From: Chthoniobacterales bacterium
GTDB lineage: Bacteria > Verrucomicrobiota > Verrucomicrobiia > Chthoniobacterales > JAATET01
NCBI GenBank assembly: GCA_041748215.1
Contig: JBGTDR010000212.1
Span: 1-50,011, forward strand
Length of the DNA: 50,011 nt
Direction: 5' to 3'
The notes beneath the pieces are model-generated. The model did no database searches, had not been told where the DNA came from, and was given only the letters and a program-made list of their open reading frames with translations. A program made the translations under genes and the position numbers. This document shows positions 48,091 through 50,011 of this stretch, one piece after another; position 1 is the stretch's first letter; each line of letters begins with the position of its first letter.

Positions 48091-48945
48091 ATGGAACTCA
48101 AAAAGGCACTGATCACCGCCGGGGGAGCGCACCAGCGGACCCTGCCACTGCAGTCCATCGTGGACCGCGATGGGCAAACCAAAACGTGTCTTGCCGTCCT
48201 GGTGGAGGAGGTGCTCGAAGCCGGCATCGAGACATTGGGCGTCGTCATTCATCCCGACGACGAACGCGCATACCTGACGGCGGCCGGGCGACACGCGGAT
48301 CGGTTGCGCTTTTTGCCGCAGGCCGAGCCGTTGGGTTATGCGCACGCGATTCACAGTGCAGCGGTATTCACGGAGGACGACCCGTTTTTGTTGCTGGTTG
48401 GGGACCATCTTTATCTGAGCGCGGTGGCGCGCCGCTGCGCTCAGCAGCTGGTCGACGTGGCGGTGGCCGAAAATTGTTCGGTTTCGGCGGTGCAGGCCAC
48501 GCACGAGAGCAAGCTGCCGTATTACGGCGCGGTGGGTGGACGTTTGGTCAACGCGGCGCAACGCCTTTACCAGGTCGAGAGTGTGCTCGAAAAACCCACG
48601 CCGACCGAGGCCGAACAGAAGCTCATCGTTCCTGGCCTGCGCGCCGGCTATTACCTCTGTTTTTTTGGCATGCATGTGCTCACCGCAGGCGCGCAGGACA
48701 TTTTGAAGGAACTCCTGGCGGGCGCGGCCCACGGTCCGGCTTCCGTGAATTTTCGCCAGGTGCTAGCCCGGCTGGCCGAGGACGAACGGTTTCTCGCGTG
48801 TGAGCTCGAAGGTCGGCGTTACGACATTGGCGTGAAGTACGGATTGCTCACCGCGCAGCTCGCGCTGGCGCTGTCTGGAGTGGACCGCGACGAAGTGCTT
48901 GGCGGAATGGTCGAACTGCTCGCGACGAAGCTGAAAACGAGCTGA
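48091..48945 (+). CDS. Sugar-1-phosphate nucleotidyltransferase (UTP-glucose-1-phosphate uridylyltransferase/GalU-like)
   Basis: ATG at 48091 gives MELKKALITAGGAHQRTLPLQ, a GalU-like N-terminal loop (KAVIPAAGLGTR pattern, divergent). 284 aa. Confidence 0.55.
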   Translation: MELKKALITAGGAHQRTLPLQSIVDRDGQTKTCLAVLVEEVLEAGIETLGVVIHPDDERAYLTAAGRHADRLRFLPQAEPLGYAHAIHSAAVFTEDDPFLLLVGDHLYLSAVARRCAQQLVDVAVAENCSVSAVQATHESKLPYYGAVGGRLVNAAQRLYQVESVLEKPTPTEAEQKLIVPGLRAGYYLCFFGMHVLTAGAQDILKELLAGAAHGPASVNFRQVLARLAEDERFLACELEGRRYDIGVKYGLLTAQLALALSGVDRDEVLGGMVELLATKLKTS

Positions 48946-48954
48946 GGCGGCGCC

Positions 48955-50011
48955 ATGGTGTTCCTCGATCTCATCACTTCGCCCGACCCCGCGATTCGCG
49001 ACCGCTCGCTCGACAGCGTGTGCGCGGGAGCGTCGCTGGAAGATTTGCTCGCCGGTTGTGACGAGCTGGAAACCTTTCGCCGTTCGTCCGCAAATCTCTA
49101 CGATCGCGTGCGGGCGCTGTTTTTTCTCTACGCGATTCACCGGTTTCACCTGCCGCTGCGGCCCGGCATCCGCCAGAGATCGCTGATTCCCTTCCGCGGC
49201 TACGAACACCTGCTCCAGCGGCGTTTCGAAGAGGCCATCGAGGTATTCAGCCGGGAACAACGTTCTCACGGACCAAGCGACGGGCTGAGCAGCGCGCTCG
49301 CCGCGGCGTATCAGCGGCTGGCGTTTCAGACTCTCGCGGATCAAGTCCGCCGCAGCGTGCGCAGCGTGCGGGGAAATCAGTGGATGTTTCGGCTTGGCCA
49401 CTCGAAGGATCAGCCGTTGCGGATTCATCCCGGCCTGCTCGAGCGCTCACCCGCGGACGGATCCTACCCGATCCTGCGTGAACGCACTCCGGTCCGTATG
49501 GACCTTACGCACAGCGCGTGGAGCGACATTTTTTTCCTCGGCATGGATTATCCCGAGGGCGCGAAGGTCCTGAATATCTCGGTCGATCTGGGTGTCCACG
49601 GACGTGATCATTCCACGCAGCCGCCGGTGTCCGCGTGGCTCCGTGTGATCGACGAACCGGTGCTCCGGCTCGTGAGCGTGGACCTCGGCGTGTCGGCCGA
49701 CATCGACAATCTCGCGGAAGTTTTTGACTTCGCGAAAGACTACCTCGGTCTGCTCAAAGCCGCGGTGATCGCATCCGGCATCGTGCCGCCCGGCATCGAA
49801 GGTTCGGGCACCCGGCTCGCGGATCTGCTCGCACAAATCGTCGGCCCCGGCCGCGGGCTCGAACTCGTCAGCAGCGTCAACGACATTCCGAAAGGATCCC
49901 GCCTCGCGGTTTCGACCAATTTGCTCGCGGCGCTCGTTTCGGCATGCATGCGGGCCACCAGCCAGGCGGCTTCGCTCACGGGTCCACTCGAGGAAAATGA
50001 GCGCCGCCTGG
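48955..50011 (+). CDS. Hypothetical protein, 3'-partial (runs off window end)
   Basis: ATG at 48955. The open frame is uninterrupted to the window end (MVFLDLITSPDPAIRDRSLDSV...GMDYPEGAKVLNISVDLGVHGRD...). No recognised family. It is not in the supplied ORF track because it has no stop. Confidence 0.45.
   Translation, partial: MVFLDLITSPDPAIRDRSLDSVCAGASLEDLLAGCDELETFRRSSANLYDRVRALFFLYAIHRFHLPLRPGIRQRSLIPFRGYEHLLQRRFEEAIEVFSREQRSHGPSDGLSSALAAAYQRLAFQTLADQVRRSVRSVRGNQWMFRLGHSKDQPLRIHPGLLERSPADGSYPILRERTPVRMDLTHSAWSDIFFLGMDYPEGAKVLNISVDLGVHGRDHSTQPPVSAWLRVIDEPVLRLVSVDLGVSADIDNLAEVFDFAKDYLGLLKAAVIASGIVPPGIEGSGTRLADLLAQIVGPGRGLELVSSVNDIPKGSRLAVSTNLLAALVSACMRATSQAASLTGPLEENERRL

Noticed and set aside
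47557-48732. 391-aa minus-strand ORF overlapping the CBS and GalU-like genes
   Set aside because: No motifs. The plus-strand genes have CBS pairs and a nucleotidyltransferase N-terminal loop.

Overview
This is a GC-rich bacterial chromosomal window with about 40 protein-coding genes and no rRNA, tRNA or CRISPR that I can see. Many antisense ORFs in the six-frame track are artefacts of the high GC content; several minus-strand ORFs also carry N-terminal extensions into the upstream gene or gap.

The first half (1-21.9 kb) is mostly housekeeping:
- acetyl-CoA synthetase (5' partial), convergent with an acpP, sharing a bidirectional hairpin terminator
- an SRPBCC-like protein, two signal-peptide proteins, an M23 peptidase and lnt
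- a purS-purQ-purL operon with an ATGA-coupled purQ/purL junction
- a CII-like HTH regulator divergent from a yqiJ/yqiK-type NfeD-flotillin operon
- a vapB/vapC (RHH/PIN) toxin-antitoxin pair immediately followed by a 1680-aa protein with a C-terminal MoxR-like AAA+ domain
- a DUF4202 protein and pyruvate kinase

From about 22 to 47 kb every gene is on the minus strand, a co-directional array of roughly 25 kb:
- a DUF1269 membrane protein
- a five-gene phosphorelay cluster: methyltransferase, a dual-kinase hybrid sensor, and three REC proteins with degenerate kinase-like outputs
- a single-module fully reducing type I PKS (KS-AT-DH-ER-KR-ACP)
- a protein with an N-terminal adenylate-kinase domain and a C-terminal domain of unknown function
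- an EssC/EccC-like FtsK/SpoIIIE ATPase (coiled coil, TM hairpin, three P-loop domains), preceded by three small helical proteins, one with a YukE/EsxA-like W-x-[G/D] hairpin signature
- DUF456, a GT2 glycosyltransferase, an ArnT/PMT-like GT-C transferase and a NYN+LOTUS protein

The window ends with bactofilin, a CBS-pair protein, a GalU-like nucleotidyltransferase and a 3'-partial hypothetical gene.

The most interesting region is the type VII secretion-like ATPase/WXG module and its co-oriented downstream genes (adenylate-kinase fusion, PKS, phosphorelay). I have not seen this combination described.
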